A DNA stretch of 64,000 nt. It comes from a virus (lineage: Duplodnaviria; Caudoviricetes). The stretch is taken from positions 32,001 through 96,000 of IMG/VR virus record IMGVR_UViG_3300014208_000002. The stretch is one strand, 5' to 3'. A program made the position numbers and the translations under genes. The notes under the pieces were generated by a model. It had not been told where the DNA came from. It did not search any database and worked only from the letters and a program-made list of their open reading frames with translations. Shown one piece after another: positions 63,668-64,000 of this stretch. Numbering within the stretch: the stretch's first letter is position 1; the number at the start of each line of letters is the position of its first letter.

Positions 63668-64000
63668 CTACTTGTAGAAAGGATACCAAGTATAGGAAAG
63701 ACTCTTTATCTCCCCATCCCCAATAACTAAATCCGCAATAGAAAATCCTACATGGGCGGCAAGTTTCTTCCCTCGCATCCAAGAAGACTGATACTGCAAA
63801 GTTCCTGCTTCAATATAATGAACATTGCGATTGAACATATAAATTTGCTTGTGTGTATGCCCTGTTATGGCGAGCGCAGGTTTTTCACCACCGGAAAATG
63901 ATTCAATAAGCTTTTGACCACGATAGCTGGTAGCATATGAACTTCCATCGCCTCCATGAAATAAACGAATAACAATATTCTTTATATGAATATCACCTTC
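63668..64000 (-). CDS. Metallophosphoesterase C-terminal part, 5'-truncated by the window edge (absent from the ORF track)
   Basis: Open frame ...LFHGGDGSSYATSYRGQKLIESFSGGEKP..AITGHTHK...RNVH..EAGTLQ.Q..WMRGK.LAAHVGF, 110 aa to TAG. Confidence 0.75.
   Translation of the reverse strand, partial: EGDIHIKNIVIRLFHGGDGSSYATSYRGQKLIESFSGGEKPALAITGHTHKQIYMFNRNVHYIEAGTLQYQSSWMRGKKLAAHVGFSIADLVIGDGEIKSLSYTWYPFYK

Noticed and set aside
62842-63726. 294-aa + strand ORF
   Set aside because: Antisense shadow of the GC-richer 249-aa gene; no SD, Leu/Ser/Arg-rich, no motifs
1-64000. Stop-codon reassignment, considered because of the Cys excess and large-phage context
   Set aside because: Conserved enzymes are full length under code 11; TAA, TAG and TGA all end tightly packed genes; the Cys codons inspected are TGT/TGC
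1-64000. CRISPR array, rRNA, integrase, transposase
   Set aside because: No regularly spaced direct repeats or recognisable motifs were seen by eye

Overview
A 64-kb piece of a large, AT-rich dsDNA tailed bacteriophage; no integrase, repressor or host housekeeping context is visible, and the host cannot be determined from this window. Positions 1-18185 (+ strand) are late genes: Cys-rich tail-fibre-like genes interrupted by a 9-gene glycosylation island, then a lysis region. The island holds five glycosyltransferase domains, a radical SAM/SPASM enzyme, a methyltransferase domain, an intein-containing Gmd and a nucleotidyltransferase. Positions 18175-64000 (- strand) are early/middle genes: rIIA/rIIB, DnaG primase, DnaX-like clamp loader, T4-type topoisomerase II, family A DNA polymerase, SbcC, SNF2 helicase, a sigma factor, many nucleotide hydrolases, Pth2, GMP reductase, tRNA-Arg(UCG) and dozens of small ORFs. 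Two promoter classes can be read directly: near-consensus sigma70 promoters on the - strand, and a recurrent CTACTAAYA motif ahead of late genes. The most striking unexplained element is at ~62443-62790 (-). It is a circularly permuted tRNA-like RNA (T arm, then acceptor-stem hairpin, then D arm, on a long terminal helix with no usable anticodon loop). It lies directly behind a strongly promoted 249-aa gene and between two metallophosphoesterase genes, with no Ro60, RtcB or SmpB gene in the window. All family names come from motif recognition and memory; no searches were run and all counts are manual.
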